From Candidatus Staskawiczbacteria bacterium (GTDB taxonomy: Bacteria; Patescibacteriota; Minisyncoccia; Minisyncoccales; Staskawiczbacteraceae), in NCBI GenBank assembly GCA_903854535.1, contig CAINWR010000027.1, forward strand, positions 1 through 41,074: a stretch of 41,074 nucleotides of DNA, written 5' to 3'. Shown here in pieces: positions 26,039 to 35,207 of the stretch. The position numbers and the translations under genes are program-made. The notes below the pieces were generated by a model. The model did not search any database and had not been told where the DNA came from. It saw only the letters and a program-made list of their open reading frames with translations. Every line of letters begins with the position of its first letter. Positions within the stretch are counted from its first letter, which is position 1.

Positions 26039-27589
26039 TTATGGCTTTAAGTAAGTTACAACTTCTTGCTCTTCTTCAATGCCTGATAAAATTTCTATTA
26101 ATCCACCATCTGCCTGCAAACCTGTTTGCACTTCCACTTCTTTAAATGATTTTGTTTTAGAATCTGTGATCACTCTTGCATATTGCTTTTTATTTTTATT
26201 AATTACAGCAGAGTAGGGAATAGATAAAATATTATCTTTTTTAGCTACCATTATTGTCATATTAGCTGTCATGCCAGGTTTTATTTCTGGAATATTGTCT
26301 AAACTACCTTTTATCTTGTAATTTACTACTCCAGAAATTACTGTAGATGCAGGATTAATTGTGAGTACTGTACCTGTAAAATGTTTATCTGGTCCTAAAG
26401 CATCAAAAGTATAATCAATATTTTGACCTATTCTTAAAGATGCAATATTTGCTTCTGAAACATCTGATTCTGTATGAAGGCTATTTATATCTTGCAAAGT
26501 TATTACGGGCATTGTGGCTGTAGCTAATTGACCTATTTTTGTATCTACAAGAGTTATAGTGCCTTTTAATGGTGCAGATAATATTGTGTTGTTTAGAGTC
26601 ACTTGAGCTGAAGAAACTTGTCCTTCTGCTGAAATAATTTGAGCTTTATATAAATCAATGTCTTCTTGGCGAGCAGGAGCTTTTTTGAGAGCTAATTGGC
26701 TTTCAGCTTTTTCTAAAGCTATTTGATATGAATATATTGCTTGTTGTGAATTAGATATATTTAAAAGACCGGTATTTATATAACCTTTTTGTAAATCAAG
26801 AGATGATTTTTCTGTTGAAGGAATGCTGGTGTTGTAAATTCCTTGATCGCAAGCATCTCTAGTTATTCTTAAATTTTCTGTGGTTGTGTTTAACTCTTTG
26901 ATTGTTTGCAAAAGCGCTGTATCAATATCAGTATGGATTAAAGTTAATTTTGCTTTATCTAAATATTTTTTTGTGTTTAGTAAAGATTCGGAAATTAAGT
27001 TTTTGCTATTTTGAACTCTTATACCTTCTTGATCTGAACTATTGAAGTAATTATTTTTAAGCGAATCAATTGTTGTGAATGCATTATATATTTTTGTATA
27101 AGCATCATCTAAATATGCAAGTGCGTCATTATATGCGTTTTCTAGATCTTGTTTTGCTGATTTTATTGAATCTTCATATATTTTTATATCTTCTGGCGTA
27201 GAGCCTGCTATTAATTTATTGTAATTTGCTTTAGCTTGCGCTAAAGATCCTTGAGCTATTGTTAAATTAGCTAAAGCTGAACTTTGATCTAAAATAGCTA
27301 AAGTTTGTCCTGTATAAACATCATCTCCTTCTTTTACATAGACTTGCTTTACGATTCCCGAGCCTTGAAAGCTTAAGTTTAAACTAGTTCCGCTAACAAC
27401 TTGACCTGTTGCAAGAACTGTTTGCTCAAGGTTTTGTTTAACTGCTTTAGTAGTTTGTATTGAGCTTAAATCTTTTTCTCTACCAAAAATAAACCAACTT
27501 ATAATAGCAACAATTAAAACTATTATAATTGTCCATATTATTTTTTTCTTTGACCATTTTCTTAAGAATTTGGGTAAATGTATTTTCAT
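26039..27589 (-). CDS. Efflux periplasmic adaptor (MacA/HlyD-like)
   Basis: N-terminal TM, lipoyl halves VYVKEGDDV and LSAPLKGTI, coiled coil, IKPGMTA. Confidence 0.88.
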   Translation of the reverse strand: MKIHLPKFLRKWSKKKIIWTIIIVLIVAIISWFIFGREKDLSSIQTTKAVKQNLEQTVLATGQVVSGTSLNLSFQGSGIVKQVYVKEGDDVYTGQTLAILDQSSALANLTIAQGSLAQAKANYNKLIAGSTPEDIKIYEDSIKSAKQDLENAYNDALAYLDDAYTKIYNAFTTIDSLKNNYFNSSDQEGIRVQNSKNLISESLLNTKKYLDKAKLTLIHTDIDTALLQTIKELNTTTENLRITRDACDQGIYNTSIPSTEKSSLDLQKGYINTGLLNISNSQQAIYSYQIALEKAESQLALKKAPARQEDIDLYKAQIISAEGQVSSAQVTLNNTILSAPLKGTITLVDTKIGQLATATMPVITLQDINSLHTESDVSEANIASLRIGQNIDYTFDALGPDKHFTGTVLTINPASTVISGVVNYKIKGSLDNIPEIKPGMTANMTIMVAKKDNILSIPYSAVINKNKKQYARVITDSKTKSFKEVEVQTGLQADGGLIEILSGIEEEQEVVTYLKP

Positions 27590-27707
27590 AATTTTTATGA
27601 TTAAATGATTATTAAAGAATTATAACATAATTACAAAATAAATAAAAGTTGATTTTTGCATATAATATTTTGACTTTTAATAAAATAAATGATATATATT
27701 TATTATA

Positions 27708-27779
27708 CGGGGTATGGTGCAACGGCTAGCACGAGCGCTTTGGGAGCGCTTAATCTCAGTTCGAATCTGAGTACCCCGA
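27708..27779 (+). tRNA. tRNA-Pro(TGG)
   Basis: Acceptor cggggta/taccccg, anticodon arm agcgc-ttTGGga-gcgct, T-loop ttcgaat. Confidence 0.93.
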
Positions 27780-27801
27780 CACGTAGTTATTTTGTTGATA
27801 T

Positions 27802-27872
27802 GCGGGTATCGTATATCGGTATTACCTTAGCTTTCCAAGCTAATGAGAGGAGTTCGACTCTCCTTACCCGCT
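27802..27872 (+). tRNA. tRNA-Gly(TCC)
   Basis: Acceptor gcgggta/tacccgc, anticodon arm ttagc-ttTCCaa-gctaa, T-loop ttcgact. Confidence 0.93.
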
Positions 27873-27926
27873 CATTTTTTAAAATTTCAAAAAATGAGCG
27901 AGGCTCGCCATAGGCGGCCCGCTCCA
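27867..27926 (+). repeat. Double-hairpin element ending in CCCGCTCCA (copy 2), fused to tRNA-Gly 3' end
   Basis: cccgctca...tgagcgaggctcgcca-ta-ggcggcccgctcca, followed by terminator tcgcc-tttc/ggcga-T6. Confidence 0.75.
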
Positions 27927-27994
27927 TAAAATTCGCCTTTTCGGCGATTTTTTGATATTATAAATTTGTAAGAAAATAGTTAAAATTAAAAATT

Positions 27995-28570
27995 ATGAAT
28001 AAGCAAATTAAAGTTATTATTTCAATTGTTGTTGTAATTATTGTTTTGATAATGGGGGTCTTAAGTGTTTATTTGTATAAAGAAAAAATAAAAAAAGATT
28101 CACCAATTGTAAATGATTTTCAAGAATGTGTTGATGTGGCAGGTCTTGTAGAAGAAAGTTATCCTCGCCAATGCAATTTTAATGGTCATAATTTTACTGA
28201 AGATATTGGAAATGAGCAAGAAAAATCAGATTTGATTATTTTAGAAAATCCGCGCCCAAATCAAATTATCCAAAGTCCTTTGTTAATTAAAGGGAGGGCA
28301 AGAGGAATGTGGTTTTTTGAAGCAAATTTTCCTGTAATTCTTGTAAATTGGGATGGCTTAATAATAGCAGAGGGATTTGCTACTGCGAAAGGAGATTGGA
28401 TGACAGAAGAATTTGTGCCTTTTGAAGCAAATCTTTATTTTACAATTGATAAAGATATTTATAGTAATAGAGGCGCTTTAATATTAAAAAAAGATAATCC
28501 TTCTGGTTTACCAGAGCATAATGATGCATTAGAAATCCCAATAATTTTTGAAGATATAAAAAATAAATAA
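27995..28570 (+). CDS. Membrane-anchored protein with Gmad2-like immunoglobulin domain
   Basis: TM, FQECV..G..ESYPRQC, GRARGMWFFEANFP, KDNPSGLP. Confidence 0.75.
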   Translation: MNKQIKVIISIVVVIIVLIMGVLSVYLYKEKIKKDSPIVNDFQECVDVAGLVEESYPRQCNFNGHNFTEDIGNEQEKSDLIILENPRPNQIIQSPLLIKGRARGMWFFEANFPVILVNWDGLIIAEGFATAKGDWMTEEFVPFEANLYFTIDKDIYSNRGALILKKDNPSGLPEHNDALEIPIIFEDIKNK

Positions 28571-28688
28571 GTTGGAATTATTAATTTTTATTTTTATTTA
28601 ACTAAGCCCTTAATTGGGCTTTTTGGTTGTAACAAAAGACCCGAGATATTTCTCGGGCATGGCTTGGGGAGTAAAGGCCTAGCAAGGC

Positions 28689-28937
28689 TTATCGCCCGCG
28701 ACAAGACCTCTCCTTGTAGTTAAGCTGTCGCTTACGGCGATAACACCTTGGCTCGTTTAACTTTTTCTCGATTGCTTCTTTTACCGCAGTAGGTACTTTA
28801 AAATCATCTGACGAATCTTCAGACCCATCATTGAATCTATAGATGCACCATTCTCCACTGTGATAATCGCCTTTTGCAAAGAAGGTGACTTTTTTGCCTG
28901 TTTTTGTTTCAACACACTCAATCTCTATATAAACCAT
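28689..28937 (-). CDS. Hypothetical protein (ORFan)
   Basis: 82 aa; AAGGAG upstream; cccgaga/tctcggg hairpin at 28640-28657. Confidence 0.6.
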   Translation of the reverse strand: MVYIEIECVETKTGKKVTFFAKGDYHSGEWCIYRFNDGSEDSSDDFKVPTAVKEAIEKKLNEPRCYRRKRQLNYKERSCRGR

Positions 28938-29069
28938 TGCACTCTCCTTTGGTTAGAGGATATGTTTACTTATTTTATAGTAGACCTTTTTATTAAAACT
29001 TCAATAGTTTTGTTATTTTTATATTAGTGATATAATAAATCAATATTAATAAATTAAATAAAAAATCAT

Positions 29070-29423
29070 ATGGAAGATTTAAATAATCAATCTTCGCCAA
29101 ATAATTTATCACAAGATAATATTCCATCTCAAGCTTCAAGTACACCTCCTTTGCCAGAAAAAAGAAAATCAACAAGTGTTTTGAAAATTTTAGTTGTTGT
29201 AATTGTTTTGCTATTAGTTGGTGTTGGAGCTTTTGGTGCTGTATTATACACAAGAGTATATGATCCAGCTTGGAGTCCTTTCAGGCCAAACCCAGAGCAG
29301 GTTTTAATGCAGATGATGCAAAATATGCAGAATGTAAAAACTGTTAGCTCTCAAACAAAAATGAGCTTATCTTTCGATGATAGTAAAAAAATAAATATTG
29401 ATTTCTTGATTGCATATCCATAA
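29070..29423 (+). CDS. Single-pass membrane protein, possibly truncated
   Basis: Pro/Ser-rich N-terminus and TM helix; stops shortly into an apparent extracellular domain. Confidence 0.55.
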   Translation: MEDLNNQSSPNNLSQDNIPSQASSTPPLPEKRKSTSVLKILVVVIVLLLVGVGAFGAVLYTRVYDPAWSPFRPNPEQVLMQMMQNMQNVKTVSSQTKMSLSFDDSKKINIDFLIAYP

Positions 29424-29656
29424 TTGTAAAATGAAGTTAATTGTAATTGATTTTATTGTTTCAATTTACAATTTCCATCGTCTTACCGCAATGAATTTCG
29501 GTTTGAAATTATATGATTTAACCGACATGCTTTCAGTTTGATTTTATATGATTTAATACGTTAACTTGAGGATATTAGATATTTCTGGTATAATTAGACT
29601 ATAAAAATTGTTTAAAGGTCGGATAAAAATTTAAATTATTAAATAAATAAAAAAAT

Positions 29657-30109
29657 ATGGAAGGAGAAATAAATCATGAGGAAGAACAAGTTTCAACTGA
29701 AAATCCACCTGCAGAGAGCTTAGAAGGTGGAAGCATAGAAGGGCAAGAGATAAATGCAGAAAATATTATAGAAAAAAAGAAAGAATTTAGACAAAGAGAG
29801 AAAAGCTGGAAAGATGGTGTTAATGAAGTAATTGATGCATATAGTGAATTTGGTTTTGCAAAAGCAGGAAAATCAAAGGATGATGAGTATTCTGCATTTG
29901 GAAAAATGTTTTTATATTCAAAAGATAATCCAGAAATGTTTGAACATGGAAGAGGTCAAGAGTTTCTTAAAGTTTTAGAAGTTTTAACTGGAAAGTTTGT
30001 AGAAATTTCTACTCTTAAAGGGGAAATACAAAAGTACGAATATAGAAAAGAGAAACAAGGACAAGATGAAAAAGGAAAATCCTTACTTGATAAACTTAGT
30101 GCAATTTAA
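29657..30109 (+). CDS. Hypothetical charged protein
   Basis: 150-aa ORF with host-like composition; aaaaaagcca/tggctttttt terminator at 30132-30158. Confidence 0.65.
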   Translation: MEGEINHEEEQVSTENPPAESLEGGSIEGQEINAENIIEKKKEFRQREKSWKDGVNEVIDAYSEFGFAKAGKSKDDEYSAFGKMFLYSKDNPEMFEHGRGQEFLKVLEVLTGKFVEISTLKGEIQKYEYRKEKQGQDEKGKSLLDKLSAI

Positions 30110-30192
30110 TTTTTTGAACTTAGAAAATTACAAAAAAGCCAAAAAAAATGGCTTTTTTGCTTTTAATTTTAGAATTTTATAAAAATTAATAG

Positions 30193-30252
30193 TTATTCAC
30201 AGATTTTTGTGCTCAAAGTGGGGCTTGACTCGGTTTTTAAATCAAGTAAAAT
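30193..30252 (+). promoter_or_regulatory. nrdD promoter with upstream DnaA-box-like site
   Basis: TTATTCACA (30193-201, 1 mismatch to TTATCCACA); TTGACT(30225-30)-16 bp-TAAAAT. Confidence 0.45.
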
Positions 30253-30302
30253 AGATTATGCAACTTATAAAAACAATTTAGAAAAATATTAAAATTAAAA
30301 AC

Positions 30303-32456
30303 ATGTCAAAGCCAAAAAAAGTTAAAAAAATATCAGCTCCAGCAAAACAAGAAAATAAAATAACAAAAGTTTTAAAAAGAGATGGGAGGGTTGTTGAGTT
30401 TGAGCCAGAAAAAATTATTGATGCAGTACACAAAGCCATTACATCTGTTGGGCATGGTAATGGAGCTGAATCAAAAAAAGTTGGCAATAGAGTTGTTGAT
30501 ATTTTAAATAGAAGATTTAAAAAAGATGAAATTCCAACAATTGAACAAATCCAAGATATTGTAGAAGAAGTTTTGATTTTAGAGGGATTAGTTGAAGAAG
30601 CAAGAGCATATATATTATATAGAGAGCAGAGAAGAAAGGTAAGGGAGCTAGGAACTGCTGTTGATGAATCCTCAGAAAAAGTTGACAGTTATTTAAAGGA
30701 GCTTGATTGGCAGGTTAAAGAAAATGCCAACATGACATTTTCTTTGCAGGGACTTAATCAATATGTGGGATCATATATTTCCAAAAAATATTGGTTAAAC
30801 AAGATCTATCCAAAAGAAATTAGAGAAGCTGCTTTTGCTGAAGATTTTCACATTCATAATTTGGAATTAATTGCCCCTTATTGTGCGGGTTGGGATTTAT
30901 ATGACTTTTTAGTAAAAGGTTTTGGTGGAGTGTCGGGAAAAATTGAATGTAAACCTCCAAAACATTTCAGGACTGCTTTGGGGCAATTAGTGAATGTGCT
31001 TTTTACTCTTCAAGGAGAAACAGCTGGGGCTAATGCAGTATCTAATTTTGATACATTACTTGCTCCATTTATAAGATATGATGGTTTAACTTATAAGCAA
31101 GTAAAACAAGCAATGCAAGAATTTTTGTATAATTGTATGGTGCCTACTCGTGTAGGATTTCAAACACCATTTTTAAATGTTTCTTTAGATGTAAAACCAC
31201 CAGCATTTTTAGCTAAAATGCCGGTTGTAATTGGTGGAGAAATAAAAAACGAAACTTATGGGGAATTTCAAGAGGAAATGAATATGTTTATTCAAGCTTT
31301 TTATGAAGGTTTAATGGAGGGAGATGCTAAAGGCAGACCATTTACTTTCCCAATACCAACAGTTTCAATTGGAAAAGATTTTGATTGGGATAATCCAAAT
31401 TTAGATAAATTATGGGAAGCAACTGCCAAATATGGAATTAATTATTTTTCAAACTTTGTGCAATCAGATATGAGTCCAGATGATGCAAGGTCAATGTGTT
31501 GCCGACTTAGATTAGATAATAGAGAATTATATAAAAGGGGCGGGGGGCTTTTTGGATCTAGTCCAAAGACCGGCTCAATTGGAGTAGTTACAATCAATTT
31601 GCCAAGAATTGGTTATTTATCAAAAACTAAAAAAGAATTTTTTGAAAGATTGGGGCATTTAATGGACTTAGCAAAAGAGTCTCTGGAAATTAAAAGAAAA
31701 GCTTTAGACAATTTTATGGATAAAGGGCTTTATCCATTTTCAAGACATTATTTGTCTGATGTGAAAAAAATGAGAGATACTTATTTTGGAAATCATTTTT
31801 CAACGATTGGATTAATTGGAATGAACGAAACTTTGCTTAATTTTATGGGAGTGGGAATTACTGACAAGCAAGGTAAAAAATTTGCTTTAGAGGTTATGGA
31901 CTTTATGAGGGACACAATGATAAAATTTCAAGAAGAAACTGGAAACTTATATAATTTAGAAGCAACTCCTGGGGAGGGGACGGCTTATAGGCAAGCAAAA
32001 GCAGATAAAGAAAGATTTCCAGATATTATTACAGCTGGCACGAAAGAAGTGCCATATTACACAAATTCAACTCATCTGCCAGTAAATTATACAGATGACC
32101 CATTTGAAGCTTTAGAATTGCAAGATGAATTACAAACAAAATATACTGGCGGAACTGTGCTTCATTTATTTTTAGGGGAAAAGATTTCTGATCCAAATTC
32201 AGCTAAAAATCTTGTAAGAAAAGTTTTTGATAAATTTCATTTACCATACATAACCTTAACTCCAACATTTTCTATTTGCCCAACTCATGGATATATTGCA
32301 GGAGAACATTTTGAATGTCCACAGTGTGCTATTAAACAACCTTGTGAAGTATATTCAAGAGTAGTGGGTTATATTAGACCGGTGGGTCAATGGAACAACG
32401 GCAAAAAACAAGAATATGGCGAAAGAAAAGAATACAAAATGCCAGCAAAATGTTAA
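30303..32456 (+). CDS. nrdD: Anaerobic (class III) ribonucleoside-triphosphate reductase with ATP cone
   Basis: KRDGRVVEFEPEKI ATP cone, SMCCRL, EATPGEG, CPTHG..CPQC, glycyl-radical loop YSRVVGYIRP. Confidence 0.95.
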   Translation: MSKPKKVKKISAPAKQENKITKVLKRDGRVVEFEPEKIIDAVHKAITSVGHGNGAESKKVGNRVVDILNRRFKKDEIPTIEQIQDIVEEVLILEGLVEEARAYILYREQRRKVRELGTAVDESSEKVDSYLKELDWQVKENANMTFSLQGLNQYVGSYISKKYWLNKIYPKEIREAAFAEDFHIHNLELIAPYCAGWDLYDFLVKGFGGVSGKIECKPPKHFRTALGQLVNVLFTLQGETAGANAVSNFDTLLAPFIRYDGLTYKQVKQAMQEFLYNCMVPTRVGFQTPFLNVSLDVKPPAFLAKMPVVIGGEIKNETYGEFQEEMNMFIQAFYEGLMEGDAKGRPFTFPIPTVSIGKDFDWDNPNLDKLWEATAKYGINYFSNFVQSDMSPDDARSMCCRLRLDNRELYKRGGGLFGSSPKTGSIGVVTINLPRIGYLSKTKKEFFERLGHLMDLAKESLEIKRKALDNFMDKGLYPFSRHYLSDVKKMRDTYFGNHFSTIGLIGMNETLLNFMGVGITDKQGKKFALEVMDFMRDTMIKFQEETGNLYNLEATPGEGTAYRQAKADKERFPDIITAGTKEVPYYTNSTHLPVNYTDDPFEALELQDELQTKYTGGTVLHLFLGEKISDPNSAKNLVRKVFDKFHLPYITLTPTFSICPTHGYIAGEHFECPQCAIKQPCEVYSRVVGYIRPVGQWNNGKKQEYGERKEYKMPAKC

Positions 32457-32463
32457 ATAAGAA

Positions 32464-32507
32464 GCAAGCCCTCCTTCGTCCCGCTTAGCGGGACTACGAA
32501 GGGCAAG
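32464..32507. repeat. GC-rich palindromic element flanked by GCAAG direct repeats
   Basis: gcaag-ccctccttcgtcccgc-tta-gcgggactacgaagg-gcaag. Confidence 0.65.
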
Positions 32508-32589
32508 TAGGACCTCCAAAAAGTCGCTTTGCAATGAAGCGGTTTTTTTGTATAATAAATAATAAAAATTAAATTTGAAATTTAAAAAT

Positions 32590-33558
32590 ATGCAAGTGAA
32601 AAATTTATTTGATGTGTTAAAAAAACAAAAGATATTAAAGTCTATATTTTTACATTCGTTAACAGTTTTAATTTCTGTGTTAGTTGTTTTTGCAATAACT
32701 AATGCCGGAAGCTTAAGCCCAACACTAAGCCCAGCTTCAACATTTTACACACTTGCAGATATTTACACGCGCCTCACAACCAATGCCACAGCAACAGAAG
32801 CAAACCACGATTTAAATACAAGCAATTCCCCAGCATCAACCTTCTACACACTCAAACAAATCTACGATGTAATTCCTACAATTGACCCAGCAAAAGTAAA
32901 TGTTGGCACAACATATCTTGGAGTTACAGGAACTTTACTTGGCAATATGTGGAATGGGACTGCAGGCATCACTGTTTTGCCTGCTGGTGCATATCCTCAG
33001 TCGCTTGGAGGTGTGGAAGATTGGAATAGAAACACGGTAATGCCAGTAGATACATATAAATCAACTTGGGTTTCTTGTCATGCGGGAAGCACTCCAAATG
33101 ATGCGGGCAACAATTATTGTGGCACAAATGATACGAATGCAGATAAATTAGATGTTGATACTGGTTTAATATGGTCAAAAATGTTAAATAATGGCGTCTC
33201 ACATAGATGGTTTTGGGCAAATAATTGCGCTTATCCAAATGGGCTTCCTGGAGACGATGGAGTTTGTAATTCCAATGGAGAGGTTGCATGTCAGTGTGTA
33301 AAGTTGACTAGTAACAAAACTGGATGTGAGGCGCAAGATGGTTGGCACCTTCCTTATCAAAAAGAGCTAATGCAAGCATATATCAATGGATCTTGGAGTG
33401 GATTGTCTCCAGGGACTTGGTTTTATTGGGCCTCTACTACTGCATCTCAATATACTGAAAGGGCGTGGTTTGTGGATATATCTTCTGGTAATACGGTTTA
33501 TAGTAATAAAACAAATTATAATCAGACTCTATGCGTAAGGTCAATATATAATAATTAA
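32590..33558 (+). CDS. Membrane-anchored protein with C-terminal DUF1566/Lcl (C-type-lectin-fold) domain
   Basis: TM, duplicated SPASTFYTLxxIY, DVDTGLIW, GWHLPYQKEL, YWAST, AWFV, CVR. Confidence 0.75.
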   Translation: MQVKNLFDVLKKQKILKSIFLHSLTVLISVLVVFAITNAGSLSPTLSPASTFYTLADIYTRLTTNATATEANHDLNTSNSPASTFYTLKQIYDVIPTIDPAKVNVGTTYLGVTGTLLGNMWNGTAGITVLPAGAYPQSLGGVEDWNRNTVMPVDTYKSTWVSCHAGSTPNDAGNNYCGTNDTNADKLDVDTGLIWSKMLNNGVSHRWFWANNCAYPNGLPGDDGVCNSNGEVACQCVKLTSNKTGCEAQDGWHLPYQKELMQAYINGSWSGLSPGTWFYWASTTASQYTERAWFVDISSGNTVYSNKTNYNQTLCVRSIYNN

Positions 33559-33595
33559 AAATATTTATTTTAGCGTATGTTAAGATAAAAATAAT

Positions 33596-33805
33596 ATGAT
33601 AAAATTAGGAAAGTATAGACATTTTAAAGGGAAAGAATATGAAGTTATTGGAGTTGCAAAACATAGCGAAACTTTAGAAGATTTTGTAATATACAAAGCA
33701 CTTTACAATGAAGGACAAATTTGGGCTAGACCAATAAATAATTTTCTAGAAGAAGTTGAAGTCGATGGTCAAAAAATTCTAAGATTTATTTATATAGAAA
33801 AATAA
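33596..33805 (+). CDS. DUF1653-family protein
   Basis: GKYRHFKGKEYEVIGVAKHSET...YKALY...WARP..F. Confidence 0.9.
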   Translation: MIKLGKYRHFKGKEYEVIGVAKHSETLEDFVIYKALYNEGQIWARPINNFLEEVEVDGQKILRFIYIEK

Positions 33806-33809
33806 AATT

Positions 33810-34331
33810 ATGTTAACAGTAGAACAAGAAAAATGGTTAGAACATTTAAATAGCACAGATAAAATTGAGATTTTAGCATATAATCCGGAATCAAATATAG
33901 TTTTTGAGGAAATTAAAAAAGAAATTCATAATTTCTTGCCAGAAGTGGAAGTTTTACATTGTGGTTCTACTGCTTTAGAAATTTTGGGTCAAAGTGAAAT
34001 AGACATTTATGTACCTGTTTTAGAAAAAGATTTTGATAGATATCTAGAAAAAATGAAAGAACATTTTGGCCAGCCTGCTAGCTTTTATCCATTAGAAAGA
34101 GTAAGATTTGTAAGGCGTGATAATAGAATGAAAATAACTATATTTTTAATGAATCAAGAGTTAGATAAATGGAAAGATCATATTAAATTTGAAAATTATT
34201 TAAAAGAAAATAAAGAAGCTTTGCAAAAATATATCAAAGTAAAAGAAGAAAGTAACGGCTTATCAACTCGCGAATATTATCGCAAAAAGCTAGAGTTTAT
34301 AAATGAAATATCAAATAAAATAAAAACATAA
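33810..34331 (+). CDS. GrpB-family nucleotidyltransferase-fold protein
   Basis: YNP, HCGSTA, EIDI, F.NYL, Y..VK, YYRKKLEFI. Confidence 0.8.
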   Translation: MLTVEQEKWLEHLNSTDKIEILAYNPESNIVFEEIKKEIHNFLPEVEVLHCGSTALEILGQSEIDIYVPVLEKDFDRYLEKMKEHFGQPASFYPLERVRFVRRDNRMKITIFLMNQELDKWKDHIKFENYLKENKEALQKYIKVKEESNGLSTREYYRKKLEFINEISNKIKT

Positions 34332-34385
34332 TAAAATATCCTTGGTTATCATGTGATAACCTTAAAATAAATTTAGCTAATAAAT

Positions 34386-35189
34386 ATGAGTATGAATTTT
34401 TCAAGAGATCGAGAACCTGTGGCAGGAAGTATTGTGCCAGATTTTGATTATGCAGAATCGCAGTTTGAAGATAGAAAAGCACGACTTCAAGAAATTGCTG
34501 ACAGAAGCCATTTGTTCGAGACTGAGGATGGCTATAAAAGAAAGGTTTTTGCCCATAGTGGATATGTTTTCTTTCCTGATGTTAGTAAAAGAATGGAGTT
34601 TGATAAGTTAAACAATTTAGCTGATAAGGCGCCAAATTTGATTTATGCATTACCACCTTCTTCTGAAATTAAAAAATTAACACCATGGGACAAAGAAGTA
34701 GTAGAGGCATACGCTGGAAGATATAAGATTCACTTGATGCCTTGTCAGGAATATGTTCCGTTTGTGATTGCAAGATTGCATGAAGCCCTAGAGAGTGATC
34801 TTGAATTTAGAAATGCATTGAAAAATTTTAAGGTTTTTGAAGGCACAGAGGATTATAGAAAAAAGCAAAAAGACGTCTTTCCAATTATTGTTTTGTATCC
34901 GCATCCCACAAAAGAAAATGCACAAATTGTTTTAGATAAGGTTTTGGAATGTTTTAAAGATTTTGATAATATTAGCACTGGTGAAACTCCGCGATTAAAT
35001 CAAAAAATTACAGATTTAGTTCATTATGCTCAAGGAGATGCTGATATCAAAAAAAGATATAAAAAACACATTGAATCTTTATGGGGAGAAGGCGTTGCTG
35101 ATTCTGGAGGTATTTTCGAGTCAGACTTTATTCATTTTAAGGGTGATTATAAATTAAAGTTACCAGATATGGGGACAAAAAATAAATAA
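34386..35189 (+). CDS. Hypothetical protein, possible phosphothreonine-lyase/HopA1-like fold
   Basis: YKIHLMP...NFKV...PIIVLYP motif order. Confidence 0.6.
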   Translation: MSMNFSRDREPVAGSIVPDFDYAESQFEDRKARLQEIADRSHLFETEDGYKRKVFAHSGYVFFPDVSKRMEFDKLNNLADKAPNLIYALPPSSEIKKLTPWDKEVVEAYAGRYKIHLMPCQEYVPFVIARLHEALESDLEFRNALKNFKVFEGTEDYRKKQKDVFPIIVLYPHPTKENAQIVLDKVLECFKDFDNISTGETPRLNQKITDLVHYAQGDADIKKRYKKHIESLWGEGVADSGGIFESDFIHFKGDYKLKLPDMGTKNK

Positions 35190-35207
35190 AAAATAAATTT
35201 TAAAAAT

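Noticed and set aside
27689-27913. 74-aa ORF in the track
   Set aside because: Runs across tRNA-Pro and tRNA-Gly; spurious.
29496-29556. Possible CRISPR mini-array
   Set aside because: Only two repeats with a 9-bp gap and no cas genes; the 7/8-mer arrays elsewhere have no spacers either.
30180-30302. NrdR boxes upstream of nrdD
   Set aside because: No convincing acaCwAtATaTwGtg-type palindrome found by eye.
23046-33558. Complete DGR (four-helix bundle as Avd plus DUF1566 target)
   Set aside because: No reverse transcriptase or template repeat in the window; the genes are 9 kb apart and the bundle protein has IVS-family motifs.
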